A stretch of 64,000 nucleotides of DNA from a virus: positions 32,001 to 96,000 of the IMG/VR virus record IMGVR_UViG_3300037468_000183; one strand, written 5' to 3'. The notes under the pieces are model-generated. The model saw nothing but the letters and a program-made list of their open reading frames with translations, ran no database searches and was not told where the DNA came from. A program made the position numbers and the translations under genes. This document shows positions 38,385-47,981 of this stretch, piece after piece (the stretch's first letter is position 1; every line of letters starts with the position of its first letter).

Positions 38385-38840
38385 ATGGCTACTGCTGGAT
38401 TCGAGTTCGCCTACTCTCTGGACGGCAGCCACGCGACGCCGGTTATCCGGGATCTCCCGGTACACGGCACCGGGGCCTATGCCATCGGCGACCTGGTGGT
38501 CGTTAACGGTTCTGCGGGCGGCGAGGTGGTGCGCGTCACTAGCACGACCGCGGAAGTAACCGGCGTGATGCAGGAGACGCGGGCGTCCGGGTCGGATGCC
38601 GCGCTAATGAAGGTCGCGCTCATCATGCGGGAACAGGTCTGGCGTTGCTCGATGGACGCGGCGACCACGGCGTTCGTCGTCGGCTACACCAAGAGCATCG
38701 ACACGACGGATCACAACACCATCAGCGCGAGCGATTCGACTGGCGGCAAGATGATCCTGGTGGACAAGTCTGAACTCGATGGCGACGGCAACGTTCTGGC
38801 CTACGTGGTGTTTTCGGATACCACGTTCGGCAATACATAG
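38385..38840 (+). CDS. putative capsid decoration/cement protein, paralog 2
   Basis: Shares GFEF.Y.LDGS.ATPVIRD, QVWRCS and DTTFGN with paralog 1. Confidence 0.7.
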   Translation: MATAGFEFAYSLDGSHATPVIRDLPVHGTGAYAIGDLVVVNGSAGGEVVRVTSTTAEVTGVMQETRASGSDAALMKVALIMREQVWRCSMDAATTAFVVGYTKSIDTTDHNTISASDSTGGKMILVDKSELDGDGNVLAYVVFSDTTFGNT

Positions 38841-38852
38841 GACAGGTGACAC

Positions 38853-39761
38853 ATGGCAATCTCCGAACAATGGGCGCAGTTGCTCGAACCGGGCCTGCGC
38901 GAAGTTTTCTATCACACGGTGGAGCCGTTGGCGACCGCCAGCCGCATTCCACTGCTGTTCGACGTTGGCGGTAGCACGAAGGCCGCTGAGTCATTCCTGA
39001 GCGCCGGCGCGATGGGCAACTGGAAGACCTTCAAGGGCGCTATCGAGTATGACGACATCGACCAGGGCTACAAGACCACCCTGACGCACGAGGAATACGT
39101 GCAGGGCTTCAAGATCGAGCGCAAGCTGGTCGAAGACGACCAGTACGGGCTGTTCATGGATCGCCCGGCTGAGCTGGCAATGTCGGCCATGCGCACGCGC
39201 GAGAACCATGCGGCGAGCGTGTTCTCCAACGCCTTCACGGGCGGGGCCACTGCGGGCGGCGATGCCGTGGCGCTGTGCTCGGACTCGCATCCCAATTCGC
39301 CAGCCAACGCCGGCTCGACGCAGGACAACAACGGCTTGCTCTCGCTGAGCTACGCCAACGTCGAAGCCGTGCGCCAACTGATGCGCGCTTGGAAGGACGA
39401 CCGCGGCAATCTGATTCCCGTCAATCCCGATACGCTGCTGGTGCCGGCTGAGTTGGAGAAGACGGCCTTCGAGATCGTGCGCACGGCGAACGTGCCGGAC
39501 ACGACCGACTACAAGGCCAACTTCGTCGCCGGCTTCATCCGCCAAACCATCGTCTGGGACTATCTGACGGATGCGAATGCCTGGTTCGTCATCGACTCGA
39601 TGCGCATGAAGCAGGCGCTCAAGTGGATCGACCGGGTACCGCTGGAGTTCGCGCTCGATCCGACCAGCAATTTCCGGCTGGAGTCGCGCTGGCGCGGGTA
39701 CATGCGCTACAGCTACGGCTTCAAAGATTGGCGCTGGATTTACGGGAACAACCCGTCATAA
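38853..39761 (+). CDS. major capsid protein (Mu gpT-like)
   Basis: LLEPGL, GGD..ALCSDSHP, P..LLVP..LE..A, YLTD.NAWF, RYSYGF.DWR. Confidence 0.9.
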   Translation: MAISEQWAQLLEPGLREVFYHTVEPLATASRIPLLFDVGGSTKAAESFLSAGAMGNWKTFKGAIEYDDIDQGYKTTLTHEEYVQGFKIERKLVEDDQYGLFMDRPAELAMSAMRTRENHAASVFSNAFTGGATAGGDAVALCSDSHPNSPANAGSTQDNNGLLSLSYANVEAVRQLMRAWKDDRGNLIPVNPDTLLVPAELEKTAFEIVRTANVPDTTDYKANFVAGFIRQTIVWDYLTDANAWFVIDSMRMKQALKWIDRVPLEFALDPTSNFRLESRWRGYMRYSYGFKDWRWIYGNNPS

Positions 39762-39785
39762 GGCTACAGCCTGAGGAGGGTTGAC

Positions 39786-40535
39786 ATGGCACAATCAAAT
39801 CTGAGCGGCCCGCTCAACATCGACGGCGCGCTGGTGGTTGGCGGCGCGGCGACGATTGCGGGCGGCATCACTTTCAGCGGTGGCACGATCAACGCGGAGA
39901 ACGCGTTGGACGTGACGGGCGGCACCATCACCGTGGCAGATGTGACGGCGACGGGCGTGGTGTCTGCCGGAAACTTCACCTCGTTGGGCACGGCGGGCAT
40001 TCACAACGCTGTGACCGTCCACAGCCTCGTCAACGAAGGTGCGTATTCCGGCTTCGGTACAGTCGGCATCCATGAAGCGTTGTCTGTCCACAGCCTGGTT
40101 GACGAAGGCGCACTGACGGCGCTCGGCACGACCGGACTGCAAGCGACGACCGTCTTCGGGGCACTGAACGTCATCGGCACGGCGGGCGTACACGCCGCGG
40201 TGTCGGTGCATTCGCTGGCCTCGGAAGGCGCGATCACCGCCACGACGATCTCCGGCACCGACCTGAGCATGGTTGGCACGGCGGGCGTGCATGGCGAATT
40301 GACGGCGCACAGCATCGTGGACGAAGGCGCGTTGACGACGCTCGGCACGCTGGGCGTGCATGGCACGGCATTCGGTTTCGGCACGCAGATTTTCGGCCAA
40401 GCCGCGACGATTCCGGTGGCGGGCGGCTTCATCGGCAACATCCGCTGGAATACCGCACCGGTGGTGACAGGGCCTATCGGGTGGGTCTGCACTGCGCCAG
40501 GCACCTGGTCAGCGTTCGGGACGATTGCCGCATAA
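39786..40535 (+). CDS. His-repeat beta-helical fibre (head-fibre candidate)
   Basis: GTxG(I/V)H...VHSL.(N/D/S)EGA repeats; C-terminal GWVCT..GTW..FG. Confidence 0.65.
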   Translation: MAQSNLSGPLNIDGALVVGGAATIAGGITFSGGTINAENALDVTGGTITVADVTATGVVSAGNFTSLGTAGIHNAVTVHSLVNEGAYSGFGTVGIHEALSVHSLVDEGALTALGTTGLQATTVFGALNVIGTAGVHAAVSVHSLASEGAITATTISGTDLSMVGTAGVHGELTAHSIVDEGALTTLGTLGVHGTAFGFGTQIFGQAATIPVAGGFIGNIRWNTAPVVTGPIGWVCTAPGTWSAFGTIAA

Positions 40536-40544
40536 GGGGGGCCA

Positions 40545-40886
40545 ATGTTGACACAGATTGGTCTTCCACCGCTGACGACGAACACAACGGGTTCGGTCGT
40601 GAGCGTCACGCCGGTCGAGGCCGAGTTGCTGGCGATTTACGTCTCCAGCAACAGCCTGGGCACCGTGACGCTCGCGACCACCAGTCCCGCGCCTATGACG
40701 ATTATGACGCTGGACACGGTAGGTACGGCGTGGTTCTATCCACGCGTACCCCTCAACACGGCGGGCACTGCCGCGGGAACGATCCTGCTTTCCGGCGCTT
40801 ACGACATCATGCCCCTGACGGGCTACGTGCAGGTCAGCACGAACGCGGCGGGCACGGTCAATGTGACGCTGGTAGTGGAGATGTGA
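40545..40886 (+). CDS. virion-associated hypothetical protein
   Basis: Thr-rich, beta-like composition; structural operon. Confidence 0.65.
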   Translation: MLTQIGLPPLTTNTTGSVVSVTPVEAELLAIYVSSNSLGTVTLATTSPAPMTIMTLDTVGTAWFYPRVPLNTAGTAAGTILLSGAYDIMPLTGYVQVSTNAAGTVNVTLVVEM

Positions 40887-40891
40887 TAGAC

Positions 40892-40919
40892 GAGGGGCGG
40901 ACATGTCCGCCCCTCTTTT
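40892..40919 (+). terminator. intrinsic terminator
   Basis: GAGGGGCGGACATGTCCGCCCCTC palindrome followed by TTTT. Confidence 0.75.
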
Positions 40920-40934
40920 ACAGGAGACAAAATC

Positions 40935-41528
40935 ATGGCAGACGAAGACACAACCTGGAAAGAGACGGTCGAACAGGCCAACTCACAAAATCTCAAGCGT
41001 TTCGTTGACGAGTGGGCGGAGGTCTCGCACAACAAGGCGAGCCAGCAAGCAGGCCTCCAAGACTCGGTCAACAGCCTATTCCTGAAATGGGCGATGGACG
41101 CGCAGGGCATCACCAATCGCGCGGCAAACGACGGTGCGAACGTCAGCGCAACCCTCAACAGCGCGATGGCGTTGGCGTCGGCGCGCGGCAATGATGCTGC
41201 CGGGGCAATGCAGAACCTGATTCTTGCCGCGGCCCTGGGGCAGCAGGTGAGCATCAACAAGATGGCCGCCGAGACTGCGAGCGCGGATATTGTCGCCAAG
41301 AAAGCCGTGGACGCGGCAACGGCGGCCATGACCGGCACCAGTGCGCCGGCGCAAGGCACGTCCGGTTTCGCGCAAGGCTCGATCCAGGGCACGGGCGGCG
41401 TTGCGACATCGGCTATCATGGCGCAGATCACCAAGCTCGGTGAGGTCAATACCGCAGTGCTGGCTTCGTTGGCAGTACTGGCCGAGAAAGTCGCGGCGCT
41501 GGAAGTGGCAACCAAACCGGCTGCGTAG
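40935..41528 (+). CDS. Ala/Gln/Asn-rich helical protein
   Basis: AGGAG RBS; flanked by hairpins. Confidence 0.7.
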   Translation: MADEDTTWKETVEQANSQNLKRFVDEWAEVSHNKASQQAGLQDSVNSLFLKWAMDAQGITNRAANDGANVSATLNSAMALASARGNDAAGAMQNLILAAALGQQVSINKMAAETASADIVAKKAVDAATAAMTGTSAPAQGTSGFAQGSIQGTGGVATSAIMAQITKLGEVNTAVLASLAVLAEKVAALEVATKPAA

Positions 41529-41551
41529 TAAGCGGAGTAAGCGGAGTAAGT

Positions 41552-41584
41552 TTGCCGCCTGTCTGACGCATTGACAGGCGGCAA
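41552..41584 (+). terminator. hairpin (terminator or processing site)
   Basis: 12-bp inverted repeat, preceded by GTAAGCGGA repeats. Confidence 0.55.
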
Positions 41585-41599
41585 GAGGAAGTAGCGCCA

Positions 41600-41992
41600 A
41601 TGTCATTCACCTACGGGCGAGCATTGACCACGGATCGCGACCGGCTGCGCTTCTACATCGGGGACGTGACCAGCGGCAGCGGGCCATTGCCGGGCAGCGT
41701 CAACTTCACGGACGAAGAGCTTGACGGGCTGTTGACTACCGAGGGCGCATGGCAGCGCGCCGAAGCCGCGGCTTTCGAGCGCCTGGCGGCGGCATGGATG
41801 GGGCATCCATCATTCTCGGCAGATGGCCTGCAACTGTCACGCTCGGATATCGCAAAAGGTTATGCCGAGAAAGCCGCGGCTTTGCGCAAAAAGTATGGCT
41901 CATCCACGGCGACGAATGTCAGCCGCGTCGGATCGCACGCGGTTACGCGCGTCGATGGTTACTCGGACGATGTGACCAGTTGGGAGACCTGA
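41600..41992 (+). CDS. head-tail connector (gp15-like)
   Basis: FTY...DRLRFYIGD...FTDEELD.LL. Confidence 0.75.
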   Translation: MSFTYGRALTTDRDRLRFYIGDVTSGSGPLPGSVNFTDEELDGLLTTEGAWQRAEAAAFERLAAAWMGHPSFSADGLQLSRSDIAKGYAEKAAALRKKYGSSTATNVSRVGSHAVTRVDGYSDDVTSWET

Positions 41993-43095
41993 TGCTGCAC
42001 GTGTGGGAGCCAGTGCTCGACGGTAATGAGACGGCCTACGTCATGGCGGCCTTGACCGCCCGGAGGTTATCGGCGGATGCACACGTATCGCAGTTTGAAG
42101 CGGCGTTTGCGGAGTTGGCTGGCTGCGCATGGGGTGTTGCGGTATCGAGTGGGACTACGGCGTTACATCTGATGCTCGCGGCGCTCGGCATCGGGCCGGG
42201 TGATGAGGTCATTCTACCCGCGCTAACTTTTGTCGCCACAGCGAACGCCGTGCGCTACTGCGGCGCCACGCCGGTACTGGCGGACATTGATCCTGACACA
42301 TGGTGCATCGATCCTGAGCAAGTGCTCCAATGCAGCGGGCCGCGCACGAAAGCCGTGCTCGCCGTGCATCTCTACGGGCAGCCGGCTGACATGCTCCAAT
42401 TGCAAACGTTGTGCGACGCGACGGGTTGGCTCTTGCTCGAAGACGCTGCCGAAGCGCCTGGGGCACGGCTGGCCGGACAACCCGTTGGCGGATTCGGCGC
42501 AGCAGCGGCGTTCTCGTTCTACGCTAACAAGACCATCACCACCGGCGAAGGCGGCATGGTGACGACTTCCGACGACCGGCTTGTCGAACGCCTGCGTCTG
42601 CTGCGCGGCCAGGGGCAGGATCCAAAACGGCGCTACTGGCATACTGAGGTCGGCTACAACTATCGCATGAGCGAACTGCAAGGCGCATTGGGACTGGCGC
42701 AAGTCGAACAGATCGACAAGCGGCTCTACGAAGCGCGCCTTCTCGCGCGCACGTATCGGGCCTATCCGCAGACGACCTGGCGCTGGCAGCACAGCTATCG
42801 CCGCGCCGAACCGTCCTTCTGGGCCAATGTCGCGCTGTTGCCGGAGGGCGTCAACCGCGATGCCGTGGCACAGGAATTGTTGGCGCAGGGTATCGAGACG
42901 CGCCCGGCCTTCTACCCGTTGCACCTGTTGCCGGCGTATCAGGGCTACGGCGCGCCGGGTGACTATCCGGTGGCGGAGCGCGTCGGCAGGCAGGGCCTCG
43001 TGCTGCCGAGTCACAGCCTGGTCACGGATGTGGATGCGTGGCGCGTATGCGAGACGTTGGAGCGCGTGTGTCAGGCGCAGGCGGTGCTGGTATGA
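41992..43095 (+). CDS. DegT/DnrJ/EryC1/StrS PLP aminotransferase (perosamine synthase-like)
   Basis: SSGTTALHL, TFVATANA, VHLYGQP, EDAAEA, SFYANKTITTGEGG, GYNYRM. Confidence 0.95.
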   Translation: MLHVWEPVLDGNETAYVMAALTARRLSADAHVSQFEAAFAELAGCAWGVAVSSGTTALHLMLAALGIGPGDEVILPALTFVATANAVRYCGATPVLADIDPDTWCIDPEQVLQCSGPRTKAVLAVHLYGQPADMLQLQTLCDATGWLLLEDAAEAPGARLAGQPVGGFGAAAAFSFYANKTITTGEGGMVTTSDDRLVERLRLLRGQGQDPKRRYWHTEVGYNYRMSELQGALGLAQVEQIDKRLYEARLLARTYRAYPQTTWRWQHSYRRAEPSFWANVALLPEGVNRDAVAQELLAQGIETRPAFYPLHLLPAYQGYGAPGDYPVAERVGRQGLVLPSHSLVTDVDAWRVCETLERVCQAQAVLV

Positions 43096-44135
43096 TTGAC
43101 TTGCGCCTGGGCGACTGCTTGGAGCTTATGCCGACGCTGCCGGATAACAGCGTTGACCTGGTGCTTACCGATCCGCCCTACTACAAGGTCAAGACGGAGC
43201 CGTGGGACAGGCAATGGGACACCGCAGCGGGCTTCCTGGCGTGGCTTGACAAGTTGCTGGCAGAGTTTCAACGGGTGCTCAAGCCCAACGGATCGCTATA
43301 CCTGTTTGCCGCGCCGAAGATGGCGGCGAGAGTGGAAGTGCTGATAGGCGAGCGGTTCAACGTGCTGAACTCGATAACGTGGATCAAAGAGAATGGTTGG
43401 CATCAGCATCAGCACGAAGAAGATTTACGGTCATGGTTCCCGCAAACGGAACGCCTGATCTTTGCTGAGCACTACGGGGCCGACAACATCGCGAAAGGCG
43501 AAGCGGGCTACGTTGCCAAGTGCGACGAATTGCGGGGCTTCATCTTCGAGCCGTTGCGGGCGTATCTGGACGGGGAGCGGATACGGGCGGGGCTTTCGGT
43601 GCAGGACGTTGCGGAAGCGTGGCGCGTCAAGACCGGCAACGCAGAGCGTACCGGCATGGCTGGACACTGGTTTTCGACGGTGCAATGGACGCCACCCACA
43701 GCAGATAATTACGGATGGCTGCGTGAGACGTTCGCCCGCCTCAACCACGGCGGCGACTACCTGCGGCGGGAGTACGAAGACCTGCGGCGGGAGTACGAAG
43801 ACCTGCGGCGCGAGTACGAAGACCTGCGGCGGCCATTCGCCGTCACCGCCGCTGTGCCGTATACCGATGTCTGGACGTTTCCGACCGTGGCGCACTATCC
43901 CGGCAAGCATCCTTGCGAAAAGCCGCTGCCGCTGCTGAAGCATATCATCACAGCGAGCAGCAAGCCGGGGGCGGTGGTGCTGGATGCCTGCATGGGCCAC
44001 GGCAACACCGGCATTGCGGCGCGCGACCTGGGGCGGCGGTTCATCGGCATGGAACAACATGCGCCGTACTTCGCGCGGGCACAAGCCCGTCTCGCAACGA
44101 CGCAATTGCAAATGCCACTGGAGGCGACAGCATGA
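43092..44135 (+). CDS. DNA adenine methyltransferase (DPPY)
   Basis: LTDPPYYKVK, HPCEKP, VLDACMGHG; 21-bp LRREYED repeats at 43761-43830. Confidence 0.9.
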   Translation: MIDLRLGDCLELMPTLPDNSVDLVLTDPPYYKVKTEPWDRQWDTAAGFLAWLDKLLAEFQRVLKPNGSLYLFAAPKMAARVEVLIGERFNVLNSITWIKENGWHQHQHEEDLRSWFPQTERLIFAEHYGADNIAKGEAGYVAKCDELRGFIFEPLRAYLDGERIRAGLSVQDVAEAWRVKTGNAERTGMAGHWFSTVQWTPPTADNYGWLRETFARLNHGGDYLRREYEDLRREYEDLRREYEDLRRPFAVTAAVPYTDVWTFPTVAHYPGKHPCEKPLPLLKHIITASSKPGAVVLDACMGHGNTGIAARDLGRRFIGMEQHAPYFARAQARLATTQLQMPLEATA

Positions 44136-44764
44136 AAGACGCGCTGCTGCTCCAGGTCGGCATCGGCGCTGAGTTTGCGGCCATGCTCGACGCCAGCCAT
44201 GCGCGGCATGTGGCGTATTGCGCCGCGCACGGCTTTGACTTCCTAGACATAACGGAGCCGGTCGCGCCGACGCCTCCGATGTGGCAGCGGTATTTCTGCA
44301 TCGCCTGGGCCTTCACGGCGGGTTATCAGTTCGTGGCGGCGTTGGATGCCGATGCGCTGATAGCCAACACCCGCATTGATCTGCGCTCGGCCAGCACCAA
44401 GCCGCTGGCGATGAAGTGGGCGCAAGCGCCAGGCGGTGAACCACCCGGCTACAATGCCGGTGCGATATTCGCCAGGGCCGCGAGTGCTCCGCTATTCGAT
44501 GAGATGACGCTGCGTGCGCCAGGGCCGGGCGTCAAGCAAGATGGGCCGTGGTGGTTGTTGCAAGACGGCGAACAACGCATTCTGAACGAACTGCTCAGAC
44601 AGGAGCGCTGGGCCATGCAAACCGAGCCGCTAGGCATGTTCTGGAATTGCGTGCTCGGTATCGAAGATGTGCCACAGCCGGTTGTCGTGGCGTGGCACGG
44701 CATCGAAGACACCGGCGAGCGCCTGCGGCTGCTGCGCCAATGGTTGCAGAGGAATAGCGCATGA
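44132..44764 (+). CDS. GT-A glycosyltransferase (GT34-like)
   Basis: YC..HG.DF, LDADAL (DxD), YNAGAIF, EQ..LN, WN. Confidence 0.75.
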   Translation: MKDALLLQVGIGAEFAAMLDASHARHVAYCAAHGFDFLDITEPVAPTPPMWQRYFCIAWAFTAGYQFVAALDADALIANTRIDLRSASTKPLAMKWAQAPGGEPPGYNAGAIFARAASAPLFDEMTLRAPGPGVKQDGPWWLLQDGEQRILNELLRQERWAMQTEPLGMFWNCVLGIEDVPQPVVVAWHGIEDTGERLRLLRQWLQRNSA

Positions 44765-45429
44765 CCCTGCCGGCATTTGGCGATAGGCACATCACGGCGT
44801 ATACGCTGCTGACGATTGAGCAATTAGCGCCTGATTCCGTCAACAAGCGGGCGCTGCTCAAATATCTGGGGGCCGGATTGCGTGCTAACACGCCCTGCAC
44901 TGAGTTGCGCACGATCCTGCGGACATTGGCACACCAACGCCAACCGCGGAGTTACCTGGAAATCGGCGTGCGGCGGGGGTGGAGCTTGGCGCAAGTGGTC
45001 GCTGAGTGTCCACAGGTAGACGTGACGGCGTGCGACTCCTGGGTAGTGGGTTACGGCGGGGTCGCTAATCCCGGTGCGCAGTTCGTGCGTGACGAATTGG
45101 CAAAGGTCGCTCCGCAATGGCAGGGCCAGCTAACCTTTCTCGAAGGCTCGTCGCGCGACTTTCTGCCTGAGCTGGTGCGCCAGGGGTGTCGTTACGATCT
45201 GATTACGATTGACGGCGACCACACGGTAGCAGGCACACGCGCCGACTTGCGCGATGGTCTGGCGCTGCTGACCTGGGGTGGGGCGTTGGTGATGGATGAC
45301 CTGATAGATCATGCCGATGGCGGCGGTTCGCTGCTGCAAACGTGGCGCGCTGTGCAGGCGGAATTTCCCGGCTTCGTGTGGCACGAGTTGGCGGGCCTGG
45401 TTCCGGTGGGGGTGGCGGAGCACGCATGA
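44761..45429 (+). CDS. class I SAM-dependent O-methyltransferase (Methyltransf_24-like)
   Basis: YLEIGVRRGWS, G.S, DLITIDGDH, GG.LVMDD. Confidence 0.85.
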   Translation: MTLPAFGDRHITAYTLLTIEQLAPDSVNKRALLKYLGAGLRANTPCTELRTILRTLAHQRQPRSYLEIGVRRGWSLAQVVAECPQVDVTACDSWVVGYGGVANPGAQFVRDELAKVAPQWQGQLTFLEGSSRDFLPELVRQGCRYDLITIDGDHTVAGTRADLRDGLALLTWGGALVMDDLIDHADGGGSLLQTWRAVQAEFPGFVWHELAGLVPVGVAEHA

Positions 45430-46148
45430 AGACGTATCCACAAGTTTGCATGTTGTCCCTGTGGAGAAACGACGCGGCCCGCGACCTGGAATTTCGGGCA
45501 CGTCACCTGCTCAGCAAGTCTTTTCCCGCGCTACGTTGGGTATGGGTGGTTGGAGACTCCGACGACGACACCTATCAGCGGCTGCTGGCCATCATCAACG
45601 CAGTCAGGCCGTGGCGGCATGTCGATCTGATTCGCCACACGACCGGCATACCCGGCAATGATCCGCCGCAACGTCGCGAGCGCCTCTCGGCATCGGCCAA
45701 CTTCGGCTTGTCGCTGCTGAGCGCCGAAGATGATTATTTTCTGATGCACGAATCAGACTTGCGCAGTCCGCCGAATCTGGTTGAGCGTTTTCTGGATCAC
45801 GCCGCGGCGGGGCGCTGTCCGGTGGCGGGCTGGCCGATTCTGCCGATTAGCCAGACGCAGGCGTTGTTTTACGACATCTGGGCCTATCGCAAAGACGGCA
45901 GCATGTTTACGAATGCGCCGCCCTACCACGTGTGCTATAATGCCGCTACGCCATTCGAGGTTGACAGCTTCGGCTCGTGCTGGCTGGCGGATGCGGAGGA
46001 CATGCGGCAGGTGGGCATTCGCTTCGCGGAGTTGGCAGTGTTGGACATTTGCGCACAGTTGCGGGAGCTAGGTCGGCACCTGTGGGTCGATCCCAAGCTG
46101 ACGATTGTCCAGCCCGCGGCATTATGGGAGTGCCATCCGGTAACATGA
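45426..46148 (+). CDS. GT-A glycosyltransferase (Anp1/CAP59-like)
   Basis: VGDSDDDT, MHESDL, FYDIWAYRKDG, EVDSFGSC. Confidence 0.7.
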   Translation: MKTYPQVCMLSLWRNDAARDLEFRARHLLSKSFPALRWVWVVGDSDDDTYQRLLAIINAVRPWRHVDLIRHTTGIPGNDPPQRRERLSASANFGLSLLSAEDDYFLMHESDLRSPPNLVERFLDHAAAGRCPVAGWPILPISQTQALFYDIWAYRKDGSMFTNAPPYHVCYNAATPFEVDSFGSCWLADAEDMRQVGIRFAELAVLDICAQLRELGRHLWVDPKLTIVQPAALWECHPVT

Positions 46149-46283
46149 GAAGTTTGCGGGCGCGTTCTATCCTGGTATTAGATCGCACGCCCGGCGAGTT
46201 GTACACGCTCCTGGGCCACTGTCGCAGCGGTGTGTATTGGAGCAACGAGCTTGCACGAGTGCGGGCGGAAAGGGCTAAACAGG

Positions 46284-46760
46284 ATGCCGATATTCGAGCC
46301 AGTGGTGATCCTGAAACCGGAAATGGTACAGATCGCGGAGAGCGCCAGGGTGGACAGCTTCGTGAAAATCGAAGGCGGCCAGGGCGTAACGATTGGCGAG
46401 TATACGCACATTGCCTCGTTCTGCCATGTCAACGTGGGCGGCGGCAAGGTGACCATCGGTAAGCATGTCGGGCTGGCCAGCGGCGCAAAGGTGTTGGGTG
46501 GCAGCGCCTCGCCACGCGGACTGTCCATGTCTGCGGCTAGTCCGCCTGAGATGCAGGTGATTACACATCGGCATACGGTGATCGGGGACTACTGTCTGAT
46601 CGGTACGAATGCGATTGTTCGGGAAGGGGTGCAGATGGGCGAGGGGTCAGTACTGGCCGCCGGTAGTGTCGCGACGCACGACATCCCGCCGTGGACGATT
46701 GCGGCAGGTGAACCGGCTAAAGTCATCAAGCCGCGAGAGCACGACGCCGCGACCAGGTAG
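46284..46760 (+). CDS. left-handed beta-helix (hexapeptide) acyltransferase
   Basis: VTIGEYTHI, IGDYCLIGTNAIV..GV..GEGSV.AAGSV.T.DIPP..I.AG.PAK. Confidence 0.9.
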   Translation: MPIFEPVVILKPEMVQIAESARVDSFVKIEGGQGVTIGEYTHIASFCHVNVGGGKVTIGKHVGLASGAKVLGGSASPRGLSMSAASPPEMQVITHRHTVIGDYCLIGTNAIVREGVQMGEGSVLAAGSVATHDIPPWTIAAGEPAKVIKPREHDAATR

Positions 46761-46776
46761 GGTGGTAGAGGACGCA

Positions 46777-47171
46777 ATGCCCAACGATCTCGGCACACTC
46801 GAACTCGATCCGAACGTCGTCTTGCGCGGCGCAGTGCTGCATATCCGGCTGGTCAACGTGCGCGCCTTGCGCATCCGGTTGCTGCTCACGGCTTGGCTGC
46901 TGTGTCTGATCGGCATTCTGCTGGATTGCTACATCGTATTTGACAAAGAGGACGCGGAGGAGGGCGCATGAGGCTACTGCTATTCCGAATCGACCTACAG
47001 CCGCAGTTTCAAGGGCTGGACTGGGAAGCCGTGCGCTTCGAGCATTGTACCGCCGAAGCTCAGAACGCAGTGCGCGCTGTGGGGATGGGGCAGTACTGGG
47101 AGATGGACGATTACGTTGACGGCGCGTATACCGACATTCGATCCGATGACCAGCACAAGACGGGTGCCTAG
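46777..47171 (+). CDS. two small ORFs (46777-46971 with one TM helix; 46968-47171)
   Basis: RBS and ATGA coupling. Confidence 0.55.
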
Positions 47172-47174
47172 TCG

Positions 47175-47555
47175 ATGACCAGCTTTATCAGCGCCGCAGA
47201 ACTGACACAGATGCGCGCCGACGCCGCACGCACGTTGCTGGACGCAACCTGCACGCTGTTGACGCCGACTGCAAATGTCAATGGCATTGGCGAGACAACG
47301 TTGACTTGGGGCACAGTTGGCGTTGCGGTGCCGTGTCGTCTGCGGCCGGCTGGTCTCCAGGCGCAGATGGTGCAGCTTGGCGGCCAGCCGCAAACGTCCG
47401 CTGACTGGCAATTGACGCTGCCGTTTGGCACGGTCACGGTTGCGCCAGGTGACCGCGTGGTGATCGACGGCGCAACCTTCGAGGTCAAACAAAGCATCGA
47501 GGAAGAAACGTGGCGCACGGCTGTGCGGGTGAACATGCTCCGCATTGAGGTTTGA
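47175..47555 (+). CDS. head closure/adaptor (gp16-like)
   Basis: VPCRL...LPFGT....GDRV.IDG.TFEV. Confidence 0.8.
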   Translation: MTSFISAAELTQMRADAARTLLDATCTLLTPTANVNGIGETTLTWGTVGVAVPCRLRPAGLQAQMVQLGGQPQTSADWQLTLPFGTVTVAPGDRVVIDGATFEVKQSIEEETWRTAVRVNMLRIEV

Positions 47556-47937
47556 CGTGTCTATCGTGACAACGGTGGTTTTCGACAACTTGCCAGCGCT
47601 GAACAAGCAGGCGACAGCGATGGCGGTGCAGGCGGTGAAGAAAGCCGCTTTCGATATCGAGGAGCACGCGAAGACGATTGTGCCTGTGGATACCGGCTTC
47701 CTGAAGAACTCGATTGCGACACAGGTCGGGGCCGATGGGTTGCACAGTCCACGGGGGTCATCTTCGCATCAGCACTCACCAGCAAACGACTTGACGGCCT
47801 ACGTTGGGGCACACGCGGAGTATGCGGCGAATGTCGAGTACGGTCTCGGCCAACGACCGCAGCCGTACTTGCGGCCCGCAGTCGAGCGGGTGCGACCGGC
47901 GTTTATCGAGGCGATGAAGCAGATCGCGAAGATGTGA
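47545..47937 (+). CDS. HK97 gp10-like neck protein
   Basis: AK..VPVDTG.LKNSI...YA.NVEYG...QPYLRPA. Confidence 0.9.
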   Translation: MRFDVSIVTTVVFDNLPALNKQATAMAVQAVKKAAFDIEEHAKTIVPVDTGFLKNSIATQVGADGLHSPRGSSSHQHSPANDLTAYVGAHAEYAANVEYGLGQRPQPYLRPAVERVRPAFIEAMKQIAKM

Positions 47938-47981
47938 TAGGGGCGATGTAGCACTAGCAATAGAAAGAGAGAACGCAACAA

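Noticed and set aside
43761-43830. 21-bp tandem repeat as a phase-variation switch
   Set aside because: In-frame heptad (LRREYED) coiled coil; copy-number change would not shift the frame.
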